A DNA stretch of 64,000 nucleotides from Methanocella sp. (GTDB lineage Archaea; Thermoproteota; Bathyarchaeia; Bathyarchaeales; Bathycorpusculaceae). The notes beneath the pieces were generated by a model. It made no database searches. It was not told the DNA's origin and saw nothing but the letters and a program-made list of their open reading frames with translations. The DNA lies in the NCBI GenBank assembly GCA_050261115.1, contig JBLNCY010000003.1, positions 1 to 64,000 on the forward strand. Direction: 5' to 3'. Positions 36,173-45,349 of the stretch are shown piece after piece; the first letter of the stretch is position 1; each line of letters starts with the position of its first letter. The position numbers were made by a program, and so were the translations under genes.

Positions 36173-36810
36173 AGATAGAACGCTGCTTGCACAGTAAGAC
36201 TAACCCTTTCTGAGCGCAGTAGCTTGGTTGAAATCACAATTACCCACGCTGAAATTGCAGCGGCCGAGATTGCTTCGGGAATAGCCACATTAGGCACATA
36301 GCCAACGGTGAACTGTAGTATCCAAGTGGCAGCCGCAATTCCCGCAAGCAAAATTGTGACTGCCGCTATCCGTCGCATGCCGCCTCGCCAGAACACATAG
36401 GTCAAGGTGAAGCCAGCAATCGGGGCTAAGACAAAGAAGGCAACTGACACCAAATAATGTGTCGGGGTATAGTCTTCGTTAAAGACTCCGATGCAGATGA
36501 GGGCTACTGTTGAGGCAGCAAACAAGACTGACCCCGCCTTTCCCAGGGGGCTTTGCTTAGTAAAACGATACAAGCCTAAAACGGCAAAAAGTAACGCAGA
36601 AACCCCAGCGCCTACAAGCCCAACAGTAAACAAGATACTTGTTAGGCCCGGCACGACTCCGAGGTCGCTTAGGGCGTTGTTTGTCCAGCTAAACGGTGGG
36701 TAAGACAGGATCGCGGCGACGATGAAGACCAACGCGATTACGGGTGAGAGATAACCAGCAATGCTCCCTAAACGATTGGACTGCAACATAACCCCACTAA
36801 AGGTATGCAT
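36136..36810 (-). CDS. DUF998-family membrane protein
   Basis: FSWTNNALSDLG, IGVFNE...HYLVS, AIPE. Confidence 0.85.
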   Translation of the reverse strand: MHTFSGVMLQSNRLGSIAGYLSPVIALVFIVAAILSYPPFSWTNNALSDLGVVPGLTSILFTVGLVGAGVSALLFAVLGLYRFTKQSPLGKAGSVLFAASTVALICIGVFNEDYTPTHYLVSVAFFVLAPIAGFTLTYVFWRGGMRRIAAVTILLAGIAAATWILQFTVGYVPNVAIPEAISAAAISAWVIVISTKLLRSERVSLTVQAAFYLHLAQPDTSAQQ

Positions 36811-36819
36811 GCGGTTGCT

Positions 36820-37956
36820 TTAAGAATTTGCGTTTGCAGGCACAAATCGCCGCAAATTAGCCAATCCACGCAGCTTCTCACGCTCACCGACCCGCGCCTC
36901 TTCAACCGCTTTTTTGAGAATACTGATGGATTCATCCATGGCTTTTCGGTCAACTGGGAAGGGGACGCCGTCTTTGCCGCCGTATGCGTAGCTAAATTTT
37001 ACTGGGTCTTCCCAACTGGGCTCTTCACCATAAATCAGTTCCCCGACAAGTGCCAATCCGCGCACCGTAGCAGGGCCCACTCCCTCAATGGCTAAGAGTT
37101 CTTCGTAGTTGTTTGGTTGAAACTCGTAAACTCGATTAAGCGTATTCCAGCTGATGTATCGCGGCATGTTGAGGCTTGTTTGGGTTAAAATCCAAGGATT
37201 TTCAGATTTAGGTAGCCATGTGTATAGTGAGGTTTGGTTTTGGGGGCGACTGGCAGATTGGATGAGTTTCATAAGCTTCTTAGGCGGCTCCTTCGATAAG
37301 TCCACGGATGCCTTTCGCGAAGCCTCGCTGTCCTTGGCAGCCATGTTTAGAGCTTTGTCTCGTTTGGTGTTGCATGCAACAGCGTTTTGGGGGTCATCTA
37401 CGAAGCTGGCGGTTTGATCGCTTAGCCAGTGGTAGCGTCTGGCGCTTCTTAACTCGTCGCTCATGCCCTGTTGTATAACTGCCCATTTCCCTTTCTCAGT
37501 AAGCAGAAAGGCGTGGTGGTAGAGTTGGTAGCCGGTTTGTACTGCGGTGTTATCGACCTTGGCGGTCATTCGGCTGGCGTAGGTGAGTTCGTCGATTGTC
37601 TCCTGTGGGAACCCCCATTTTCCGCTTGCCCATGCGATGTCGGTGGGTGTTTTGCGGCTGGTTTTGCCTTTCCCGCCGCAGACTACCACGCCATGCTCAA
37701 GGGGGTCAAGAACGGACTTAAGCACGCCTGTGACGACTGTGGTAACACCGCTGCTATGCCAATCGTAAGCAAGCACACAGCCTAACGCTTGGAACCAGTA
37801 TGGGTCAGAAAGGCGCAAGATAAACTGGGTAGTGCCATACTCGTCGATCATTATGTTGGCTATTTCGCGGGCTAATCCACACATCCGCCCAGTTAGCCAC
37901 GAAGGCGCCTTACCGCCATGTAAAGGAAGAGTTGCGGTTCCAGAGCGATACATCAC
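36820..37956 (-). CDS. DUF763-family protein
   Basis: LPLHGGKAP, DWHSSG, AKVDN, QQGM, ARRYHW, HhH-like GVGPATVRGL, GGKDGVPFPVD. Confidence 0.9.
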   Translation of the reverse strand: MMYRSGTATLPLHGGKAPSWLTGRMCGLAREIANIMIDEYGTTQFILRLSDPYWFQALGCVLAYDWHSSGVTTVVTGVLKSVLDPLEHGVVVCGGKGKTSRKTPTDIAWASGKWGFPQETIDELTYASRMTAKVDNTAVQTGYQLYHHAFLLTEKGKWAVIQQGMSDELRSARRYHWLSDQTASFVDDPQNAVACNTKRDKALNMAAKDSEASRKASVDLSKEPPKKLMKLIQSASRPQNQTSLYTWLPKSENPWILTQTSLNMPRYISWNTLNRVYEFQPNNYEELLAIEGVGPATVRGLALVGELIYGEEPSWEDPVKFSYAYGGKDGVPFPVDRKAMDESISILKKAVEEARVGEREKLRGLANLRRFVPANANS

Positions 37957-38168
37957 AAGTCAATGTGGAATAGCGAATGTTGGGATTTATGGATTATTGC
38001 ATCATAAGTGGCAAATTAAAAAAATAGCCGTGTAACAGTCAAAAAGCCTTTCGAATTTACTAAAATTGGAACTGTTGGTTGGAATGACTCGATTCAATAA
38101 ACCCTGATTATTCATAATGCTTATCTTTAGGATGCTCTTCAACAATGCAGAAAACAGGTCTGATTTAC

Positions 38169-39128
38169 ATGGGAAACATCACGGTCGCCGTTTTAGGCGC
38201 AACTGGCTACAGTGGCCAAATAGGAAAGAAAGGAACCTCCACCGACATAACCCTCTATGACCTCAAAAAAGGCGAAGCCACAGTCACCCTAATCGAACCC
38301 ACACGCTACCCAGAACGGTTAGCGCCCCTATTCTACGCATGCGCCTTATCCACCAAAGCTCTCGTAGTCGTCGACGAATTAAACGCCGCCCTTGGCGAGC
38401 AACTGGTTATGCTACAATGCAGCGCAATTAGAGGCGGCTACTTTGTGCTACGGAACTATATCCCAAAAGAAAAGATCGAGCCGCTAATCAAAGGCACAAG
38501 CCTCGAAAGCTTCGAATTCCTAAACGATGACCCAAACATGATACGCGAAAAACTCCTCGCTGAAGCCGCCCAGGTAAAAAACGCGGAGTCTGAGCAAGTT
38601 GGAACCGTCCCGGTTGACCATGCATTTAACGTAAAAGGCGTAGGTGTAGTGATTTTAGGCATAGTTGTCAAAGGGGTAATCCAGAAGCATGCAAAACTCA
38701 AGGTGCAGCCCAGCTCCAAAACAGCCGAGGTACGATCGATCCAGAAGCATGACGATGAATTCGATACCGCAGCCGCAGGCGACCGCGTGGGCTTTGCCCT
38801 CAAAAACGTTGACGTCGAGGACGTGGACCGCGGAGTCGTTTTAACCAACGATCCAGCTGTCAAAGTATCCAGCAAACTCGAGACCACTGCTTCGCTTGTT
38901 AAGTACTGGCAAACCCCCATTAAACCGGGTATGGTGATGCATGTTGGTCACTGGACGCAATTCATAACCGCAAAAGTTGAGGCAGCAAGTGAGGGCGGTG
39001 ACTTCAGAAACCCCACCGTGACGCTTTCGCTGGATAAGCCGCTGGTGTATTTACCCGGGGATAGGGCGGTTTTGATGTATTTGGAGGGTGCTAAGCTGCG
39101 TGTTGCAGGAACACTCCAGCTACCCTAA
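38169..39128 (+). CDS. SelB/EF-Tu-related protein with a degenerate G domain
   Basis: Domain II signature VDHAFNVKGVGVVILG...VRSIQKHD...GDRVGFALKNV...RG; N-terminal GKKGTSTDIT; no GxxxxGK[ST]. Confidence 0.8.
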   Translation: MGNITVAVLGATGYSGQIGKKGTSTDITLYDLKKGEATVTLIEPTRYPERLAPLFYACALSTKALVVVDELNAALGEQLVMLQCSAIRGGYFVLRNYIPKEKIEPLIKGTSLESFEFLNDDPNMIREKLLAEAAQVKNAESEQVGTVPVDHAFNVKGVGVVILGIVVKGVIQKHAKLKVQPSSKTAEVRSIQKHDDEFDTAAAGDRVGFALKNVDVEDVDRGVVLTNDPAVKVSSKLETTASLVKYWQTPIKPGMVMHVGHWTQFITAKVEAASEGGDFRNPTVTLSLDKPLVYLPGDRAVLMYLEGAKLRVAGTLQLP

Positions 39129-39232
39129 ATTTCATTTCTATATCTCTTTTGATGCTATAGCTGCCACACTGTAACAACATTTTTAATACTAGCTAATGCA
39201 AAATCTATTGTCTACTTCTCGAGGAATTAGTC

Positions 39233-39778
39233 TTGTTAGTAGAGAAACCTTCTGCAACTTTTCGCATTATCGAAATCATTCTCGGAATAACCGCGTTGGT
39301 CATTGGCGGTTTAGCGTTAGCGTTTCCGGTTGCCACTGTCGTGAGTATTGTGGTGTTCTTCGGAATTGCCCTAGTTGCCGTTGGTGTTTTAAGGTTGGCT
39401 ACGGGTGCATCCTCTGATTGGTTGCCCTCTTCCATTAGGCGGTCCAATTCTATAATCGGCATTTTAGCGATTATTTTTGGCGCGATTATCCTGTTTGCAC
39501 CCTTTTTTGCTACGGAAGTGCTTGTCATCTTGATTGGGTTGGGCTTGTTGATTTATGGCGTCGGCAGAGTTGTAGCCGGTGGGGTCGCTAATCGTTTAAG
39601 TGGCGGGTTGCGTGCGGTTTTGGTGGTTATGGGGTTGTTGGTTGTGGTTTTTTCGCTTATTGTAATCTTTTTCCCCCTCGTGGGCGTTTTAACGTACGCA
39701 GTTTTTGTTTCTTTAGCGTTTATTATGATAGGCGTTGATAGTTTAGCATCTGGAATACTCGGTGCAAAGTTAGTCTAG
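39233..39778 (+). CDS. HdeD/DUF308-family membrane protein
   Basis: Six TM segments in Gly-rich repeats (GI..I..G...L.FP). Confidence 0.82.
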   Translation: MLVEKPSATFRIIEIILGITALVIGGLALAFPVATVVSIVVFFGIALVAVGVLRLATGASSDWLPSSIRRSNSIIGILAIIFGAIILFAPFFATEVLVILIGLGLLIYGVGRVVAGGVANRLSGGLRAVLVVMGLLVVVFSLIVIFFPLVGVLTYAVFVSLAFIMIGVDSLASGILGAKLV

Positions 39779-40431
39779 GCGGCTGACGCCCAAGTGAGGT
39801 ATGAGCCTAAAAGGAACAGGATGCTAACTAACGCCATAATTATCCCCAGTAGCCACCGGTTCTTGCCTGCACTTTCCCCAAGCTTCATGCCATACCAAAA
39901 CACCCACGACACTCCGACAGCGTTAGAGATAACCCACGCTAGAATCTTCTGCGGAAGAACCAGAAAGGGTAAAGCCAACAAGAACCCCACCATCATATAG
40001 ATGCCGACTATAGATAACCCGCCTAGCAACTCTTGACGTGTAAGTAGTTTATTTTTTGGTACTTCAGCATTGGGTATGTGGGTGATTATGTCTTTTGCTA
40101 TGGCGTCTTTGCCTTTTTCGTCAAATCCTGCCAGGAAGGTGCCATTTAGGTAGGTTTTGACTTGGTTTAGAGTGGTTTCGGGGTTGTGGCTTGATTTTAG
40201 GGCTATAAGCTTGTTGCGTAGGGTGTTGCGTTCCATTGAACTCGATATGGCGTAGATTAAGCCGTCGATGGTGCCCCAGGCTAAGCAGGCAGCTAAGTTA
40301 ACTGCGACAATGTAGATAAAGCCGGTGTTTAGTTCTGATAGGGCAACGTAGCCGTTTATGATAATGACCATTATGACGGCGAAGGCTACTTCTCCAACGC
40401 GGTCTATGTATGAGAGGTATTTTGTGAACAA
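39775..40431 (-). CDS. Membrane protein, VIT1/CCC1-like topology
   Basis: 2 TM + soluble loop + 3 TM; 'N.AWG.IDG..Y' motif. Confidence 0.6.
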   Translation of the reverse strand: MFTKYLSYIDRVGEVAFAVIMVIIINGYVALSELNTGFIYIVAVNLAACLAWGTIDGLIYAISSSMERNTLRNKLIALKSSHNPETTLNQVKTYLNGTFLAGFDEKGKDAIAKDIITHIPNAEVPKNKLLTRQELLGGLSIVGIYMMVGFLLALPFLVLPQKILAWVISNAVGVSWVFWYGMKLGESAGKNRWLLGIIMALVSILFLLGSYLTWASAA

Positions 40432-40583
40432 TGGATTTCGCCAATAGTCAGGTTGTTTGGGGGGCAGATAACATTTGTGTTAAGATTTCAACTGCACTTT
40501 AAGAGCACCAAGGCTGTCTGTTGAGAAAAATTAGGATATCACCTGATAGAATGTAGGCTTAAACAAAGAGGGGAGGAAAGAGG

Positions 40584-41765
40584 TTACTCTTCCTCTTCAG
40601 GCAAACCAATCTTGCGCAAATAATCCTTTGCAAACCGCGGATTATACGCTAACAACTCTTTTGACCGCAGCAGTCGTCGCTCTAGTCGATCTAGGGCAAT
40701 TTTGAAGGTTGGTTCAACGCCCCAGCCTTCGCTTGCCGCAAAATAGTTGCCTCGTGTGGTTCGGAATTGTAGGCGGCAGTGCACCATTGGGGTTCCCCGC
40801 AGTTCGGTTCCGCGGTGGCTCTTGAGGTAGACAAACAGTGAGCCTAGCTGGAACGCTTCTTGGAAGCGGCGCGTAAACCCATCGAACTCTGCCATCATGA
40901 ACTCCTGCTGGTCTGGGCTAATGTCGATGTTTTTCACTCCGAATTGGATTGTTAATCGGTGTTCGACTGTTTCCATTTGGCTTATGGGCTCTAAAAAGTC
41001 CAGTTTTGTTACCACACCCGCTAGTCGTTCGCCGTCTAGTATGCATAGGCAGGAGATGTCGTGTTTATGCATCAGCGCCTCGCAGTCTCTAAGGCTCTTT
41101 TTTGGGTCAACGGTAATTACTGGTGAACTCATGATTCCACGGGCGGGTAATGCCAGGTGATCCACTTGGTCGCCTGCAACGTCTTGGTTACCCATTCGGA
41201 TTGGGGGGAAATAGATGCTGTTGAGGATGTCTTGGATGCTGATGATTCCTACAAGGCGGCCTTTGTCCATTACAGGCACATGCGAAACGCCGTATTCACG
41301 CATCAGTCCCATAACTGCGCCGACGCTGCGATTGGCCTCAATCGTGTATGGCGCCCTGGTCATGATTGTCTCCACGGCTCCTGATCCCCAGCTGCCGTCG
41401 ACAACTGCGTGAATGACTGCCTCGTCGGTTACAAATCCGATGATCCGGCTTTTTTCAATAACAGGTAACTGGCGTACGCCAGAGCCAATCATTAATTTTG
41501 ATATTCGGCTTAGGGAGTCACCTAAGCTGACCGCTGGTGCAGCAACCATTAAGCTTTTTACTTTTGTTCGGGTTAGATCTAGCCTGGTTCGTAGAATAGA
41601 TCGCCGGCTAACCATTCCTACATACAAGCCTTTCTCGTCAAGGACGGCTAGGACTGGCGGCATGCCTTTCTTGAATCCCTCTAGACATCTTGAGGCAGGA
41701 TCATTCTCTAAAACGGTACTAAATTCTTGAGAATATACATCCCTTGCAGTAGCTGTTATTGCCAT
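40584..41765 (-). CDS. 4xCBS protein fused to a C-terminal HPF/RaiA-like domain
   Basis: Four CBS repeats, then LTIQFGVKNIDISPDQQEFM...HCRLQFRTTRGNYFAASEGW...ALDRLERRLLRSK. ATG 41765 preferred. Confidence 0.85.
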   Translation of the reverse strand: MAITATARDVYSQEFSTVLENDPASRCLEGFKKGMPPVLAVLDEKGLYVGMVSRRSILRTRLDLTRTKVKSLMVAAPAVSLGDSLSRISKLMIGSGVRQLPVIEKSRIIGFVTDEAVIHAVVDGSWGSGAVETIMTRAPYTIEANRSVGAVMGLMREYGVSHVPVMDKGRLVGIISIQDILNSIYFPPIRMGNQDVAGDQVDHLALPARGIMSSPVITVDPKKSLRDCEALMHKHDISCLCILDGERLAGVVTKLDFLEPISQMETVEHRLTIQFGVKNIDISPDQQEFMMAEFDGFTRRFQEAFQLGSLFVYLKSHRGTELRGTPMVHCRLQFRTTRGNYFAASEGWGVEPTFKIALDRLERRLLRSKELLAYNPRFAKDYLRKIGLPEEEE

Positions 41766-42158
41766 TATAGAATCACACAAAATCAATAGATGCAAGTATG
41801 ATTTAAACATTCGACGCCCTGACCTCAATCGCTTAGTTGAGTAAAAGCTTAAATCGGTACAAACAAATAGCAATGCATAATAGAACATACAAAAAATGGG
41901 GGCGGCATCACATTTTTACATAAAAATATTCGTTATGTTCTATATCAAACAATAAAGTTATTCGAGAAAAAACCGGTAAAAAACACAGAAAATTACTTCC
42001 TAAAATAGATAAAACTAGAACAATTTATCCTTACAGTTTAAATAACCCGTCTGAGAGAGATAAATGGTGAGGCAAAAGACCTCAAGCTAGTTTTTAAGAA
42101 AAAAATCAAAAAAACAGCTTTTCACATCCGCTTCAGGTATGAAGGGACTCGATTAGCC

Positions 42159-42545
42159 ATGATGCAAAACCAAAAAGAAACCGTCGAACAAATACGAGTT
42201 GAATGGAAACGCCTCTGGAGCGAACGCCATGAAGACAAACTCCGTGCAGAGGGCATAGCAAACAACGACTACAGCGCATTATTCATAGACAGAGGCACCA
42301 TAATACATGCCACCCGTGACTTCAAAGTCTTAAACTTCAAAGACATCCTAAAGCAACACGAAATCGAAAATCCAGACAGATACATTCAACCAGACAAACA
42401 TTTAGGCGGATGGAATAAGTTCGTAAAAGATAATATCACAAAGCAGTCCAGCAGCAGAAAAACAACTAATCTTATCGCTAAACCAAATAATAAAAAACAG
42501 CCAACCCAGCAAAAACAGAATAGCCGGGGCTGGCTGCATTTTTAA
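42159..42545 (+). CDS. Hypothetical protein
   Basis: 128 aa ORF with typical codon usage; first gene of a long + strand run. Confidence 0.7.
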   Translation: MMQNQKETVEQIRVEWKRLWSERHEDKLRAEGIANNDYSALFIDRGTIIHATRDFKVLNFKDILKQHEIENPDRYIQPDKHLGGWNKFVKDNITKQSSSRKTTNLIAKPNNKKQPTQQKQNSRGWLHF

Positions 42546-42580
42546 CAAAAGACCAACACCTGCACTAGGGGAACTTTTGC

Positions 42581-42922
42581 TTGGTAAACTATCGAGACAG
42601 ACTGGACATAATAGCTGATATTCTAAACGTCGTTAGCCAGGAGGCAAAAAAGACACAGATCATGTACCAAGCTAACCTCAGCTACAAAGTCCTACAACGC
42701 TACCTAACAGAGATAGTCGGAGCATCATTGGTTTCATTCCAAAATGATAGCCAACTCTATCTATTGACAGCGAAAGGCAAACAATACCTCGATGCCTACA
42801 AGGAATACATCAAGATCAGTAAAAGCATGGAAAAACGCCTAAACGATTTCTCATCAAAAAGAAAGGTGCTTGAGGAGTTATGTCCAGCGATACATCAAAA
42901 CTGCCTAGATTCCTTTCGCTAA
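42581..42922 (+). CDS. Archaeal winged-helix transcriptional regulator (HTH_45-like)
   Basis: YRDRLDIIADIL...KKTQIMYQANLSY...YL...Y.LT.KG. Confidence 0.88.
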   Translation: MVNYRDRLDIIADILNVVSQEAKKTQIMYQANLSYKVLQRYLTEIVGASLVSFQNDSQLYLLTAKGKQYLDAYKEYIKISKSMEKRLNDFSSKRKVLEELCPAIHQNCLDSFR

Positions 42923-42941
42923 ATAACCGCGGTAGAAACTT

Positions 42942-43412
42942 ATGACTAAAAAACAATTCTTCTTCGGGACATTACTATTTGTCCTACTTATGTCTCTGTT
43001 TATGACGCCATTGGCAGTCTGTCAAGAAGGCGCTGGGTCAGCAATTGATTCAGCTCAGCGAGCCATTCAAAACTGCTATCAAGCGGCTAAGGAAGCCGAG
43101 TCGGCAGGAGCTAACGTTTCTTCTTTGATGCGTACACTGAACAAAGCAGCAGACCTGTTTTCTAAAGCAGAACTTGCTTATGTAGCACAAGACTACAATG
43201 CCGCATACACATATGCCAGTCAAAGCCAAAATACCCTAAACGGCTTTACCGACCAAGCTTCAGAGCTACAGCAAAGCGCAAGTGCAAAAACGTCCCAGGA
43301 GGCAGAAGCTAACCTGCTGTTGCTGCTTGCGTCAGTCGTTGTGTTTGTGTCGGGGTTATCCACTTGGTTAGTTCTCTATAGACGGGAAAGGAGGAGTATA
43401 CATGGGGCTTAA
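42942..43412 (+). CDS. Exported helical protein with C-terminal TM anchor and basic tail
   Basis: Signal peptide, Ala/Gln-rich helices, TM followed by YRRERRS. Confidence 0.7.
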   Translation: MTKKQFFFGTLLFVLLMSLFMTPLAVCQEGAGSAIDSAQRAIQNCYQAAKEAESAGANVSSLMRTLNKAADLFSKAELAYVAQDYNAAYTYASQSQNTLNGFTDQASELQQSASAKTSQEAEANLLLLLASVVVFVSGLSTWLVLYRRERRSIHGA

Positions 43413-43995
43413 ACAATACAGAAACCTAATTTTTGTTCTGGCAATAGCACTTGCCCTCTTGATGGCCTCTCCTTCAATCCAACAGGTACTGGTATACCCG
43501 CAACCTGATGGGCTAACAGAATTCTATCTCTTAGACGGGAACCGTAATGCGGTCTACCCATCCAATGTCACTGCGGATGAAACCTATCGTATGTACCTAC
43601 AAATTGCCAATCACCTTGGATCCTGCGCATATTATCAGGTGCAAATTAAATTCGGAAACCAAACTGATTCAGGCCCCAATAGCTTCAACCAAACCAGCAG
43701 CACACTGCCACCTTTAGGACCTTTAACGGTTTTAGTCGCCGAAAACAGTACAGAGGAAATTCCGGTTGACATTTCGTTCCAATATAATGCTAACGCTTCA
43801 TTGTTGAATGTTCAAAGTGTTACTGTTAACGGCTTTGGTTTAGGCACAAACTCGTCTATAGCTTATGATACCATTAAGGGTGGTTTCTTTGGTAACTTGG
43901 TTTTTGAATTATGGATTTATAACAGTACAACAAGTGCTTTCCAGTATCATGAGCGCTACCTGAGCCTCTGGCTTAACATGATGCCTGAAAGTTAA
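43402..43995 (+). CDS. DUF1616-like membrane-anchored protein
   Basis: N-terminal TM, TEFYLL...YPSN, I.NHLG...Y, LVFELW, LSLWLN. Confidence 0.75.
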   Translation: MGLKQYRNLIFVLAIALALLMASPSIQQVLVYPQPDGLTEFYLLDGNRNAVYPSNVTADETYRMYLQIANHLGSCAYYQVQIKFGNQTDSGPNSFNQTSSTLPPLGPLTVLVAENSTEEIPVDISFQYNANASLLNVQSVTVNGFGLGTNSSIAYDTIKGGFFGNLVFELWIYNSTTSAFQYHERYLSLWLNMMPES

Positions 43996-44022
43996 CAGCC
44001 CCATTTTTTGGAGGATACATAA

Positions 44023-44649
44023 TTGGTTTTAAAATCTAACACTATATTAGCCGTAGGTGCTCACCCAGACGACATTGAGTTAGGTTGCGGTGGAACTATC
44101 CGGGCAGCTTCAAAGCTTGGAAAAAGAGTTATCGCGGTGTTTCTCTCCAAAGGAGAACATAGCGGTAATCCAGAAATTAGACCAAAAGAAAGCATTGAAG
44201 CGCTCTCACTGCTGGGTGTAAAGGAAGTTTATTTCGGCGACTTTCCGGACACCGAGATCCCATGTTCCAGGCAAGCTATCGATTTTCTTGAGGCGTTTTA
44301 TGTTGCGAACAAACCGGAAACTATACTGACACACACCGTTAACGATATCCATCAGGATCATCGTCAAGTCGGCTGGGTCTCTATCTCCGCGTTTAGAAAC
44401 GCTCCGCAGCTACTTGCGTACGAGACGCCTAGAGTTACACCGAATTTTTCTCCCACATATTTTGTAGACATCACCAGCTGTGTAAATGATAAGTGGAATG
44501 CGTTGAAATGCCATTTTTCCCAGAAAACGAAGCGCTATATCACATACGAGTCCATGGTCAATTTAGCTTCTTTTAGAGGTAGCCAGGTTAGCCTCCCCGC
44601 CGCGGAAGCGTTTGAAGTTGTGAGGTATGTTGAAAGAAGCACGTTTTAG
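44023..44649 (+). CDS. PIG-L/LmbE-family deacetylase
   Basis: GAHPDDIELGCGG, DIHQDH, AEAF. Confidence 0.92.
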   Translation: MVLKSNTILAVGAHPDDIELGCGGTIRAASKLGKRVIAVFLSKGEHSGNPEIRPKESIEALSLLGVKEVYFGDFPDTEIPCSRQAIDFLEAFYVANKPETILTHTVNDIHQDHRQVGWVSISAFRNAPQLLAYETPRVTPNFSPTYFVDITSCVNDKWNALKCHFSQKTKRYITYESMVNLASFRGSQVSLPAAEAFEVVRYVERSTF

Positions 44650-44661
44650 TGGCGTTTTTCG

Positions 44662-45330
44662 ATGATTGCGGCTGGCCATCAACCCAACTATCTACCCTGG
44701 CTGGGATTCTTCGACAAAATCAAACGGTCTGATGTCTTCATAATAGAAGACAACGTGCAGATCGAGCGGCAGGGATTCACGACTCGAAACCGCATCTTAA
44801 CCGCTGACGGAGTAAGATGGCTGAGCGTTCCAATCGAGCATGTAAATAAACCGCTTCTAATCAAAGACGCCAAAATAGCCAATAAAGCTGAACCCCGTTG
44901 GAGCCAGAAGCATTGGCTCACAATCAAGCATGGCTACTGTAAAGCGCCATACTGGAGTAAATACTACAAGTTCTTTGAGGAAACCTATCAAACTGAGTGG
45001 GATTTACTAATCGACCTTAATATGCATCTAATCAGAGGCATAATGCGTTTTCTAAATATCAACAAACCGCTTGTCATGAGTTCAGACCTCGCGGCCCGAG
45101 GGAAAAAAACGGAGTTAATCGTGGCCCAATGTAAAGAAGTCGGCGCCGACATCCAGCTTGCAGGAAACGGCTGCAGAAACTACATAGACAGCAAACTCTT
45201 CGAGCAAAACGGCATTAAACTGGTCTTCCAAGACTTCAACCACCCCGTTTATGCCCAAGGCGGAAAACCCTTCGTTCCTAACCTCTCAGTTATTGACTAT
45301 CTTTTCTGGAACGGAGAGAGAGTATGGTAA
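44662..45330 (+). CDS. WbqC-family protein
   Basis: HQPNYLPWLGFFDKI, RNRI, WLSVP, Y.KAPY, PNLSVIDYLF. Confidence 0.92.
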   Translation: MIAAGHQPNYLPWLGFFDKIKRSDVFIIEDNVQIERQGFTTRNRILTADGVRWLSVPIEHVNKPLLIKDAKIANKAEPRWSQKHWLTIKHGYCKAPYWSKYYKFFEETYQTEWDLLIDLNMHLIRGIMRFLNINKPLVMSSDLAARGKKTELIVAQCKEVGADIQLAGNGCRNYIDSKLFEQNGIKLVFQDFNHPVYAQGGKPFVPNLSVIDYLFWNGERVW

Positions 45331-45349
45331 CCAAAATGGAGCACTAAAA

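Noticed and set aside
38169-39128. True selenocysteine elongation factor SelB
   Set aside because: No P-loop, no C-terminal domain IV, and no selenoprotein or SECIS evidence in the window.
42040-42150. Possible c-di-GMP-type riboswitch (GGCAAAAGACCTC) upstream of the glycan island
   Set aside because: Only a short hairpin; the paired GNRA tetraloop/receptor architecture is missing.
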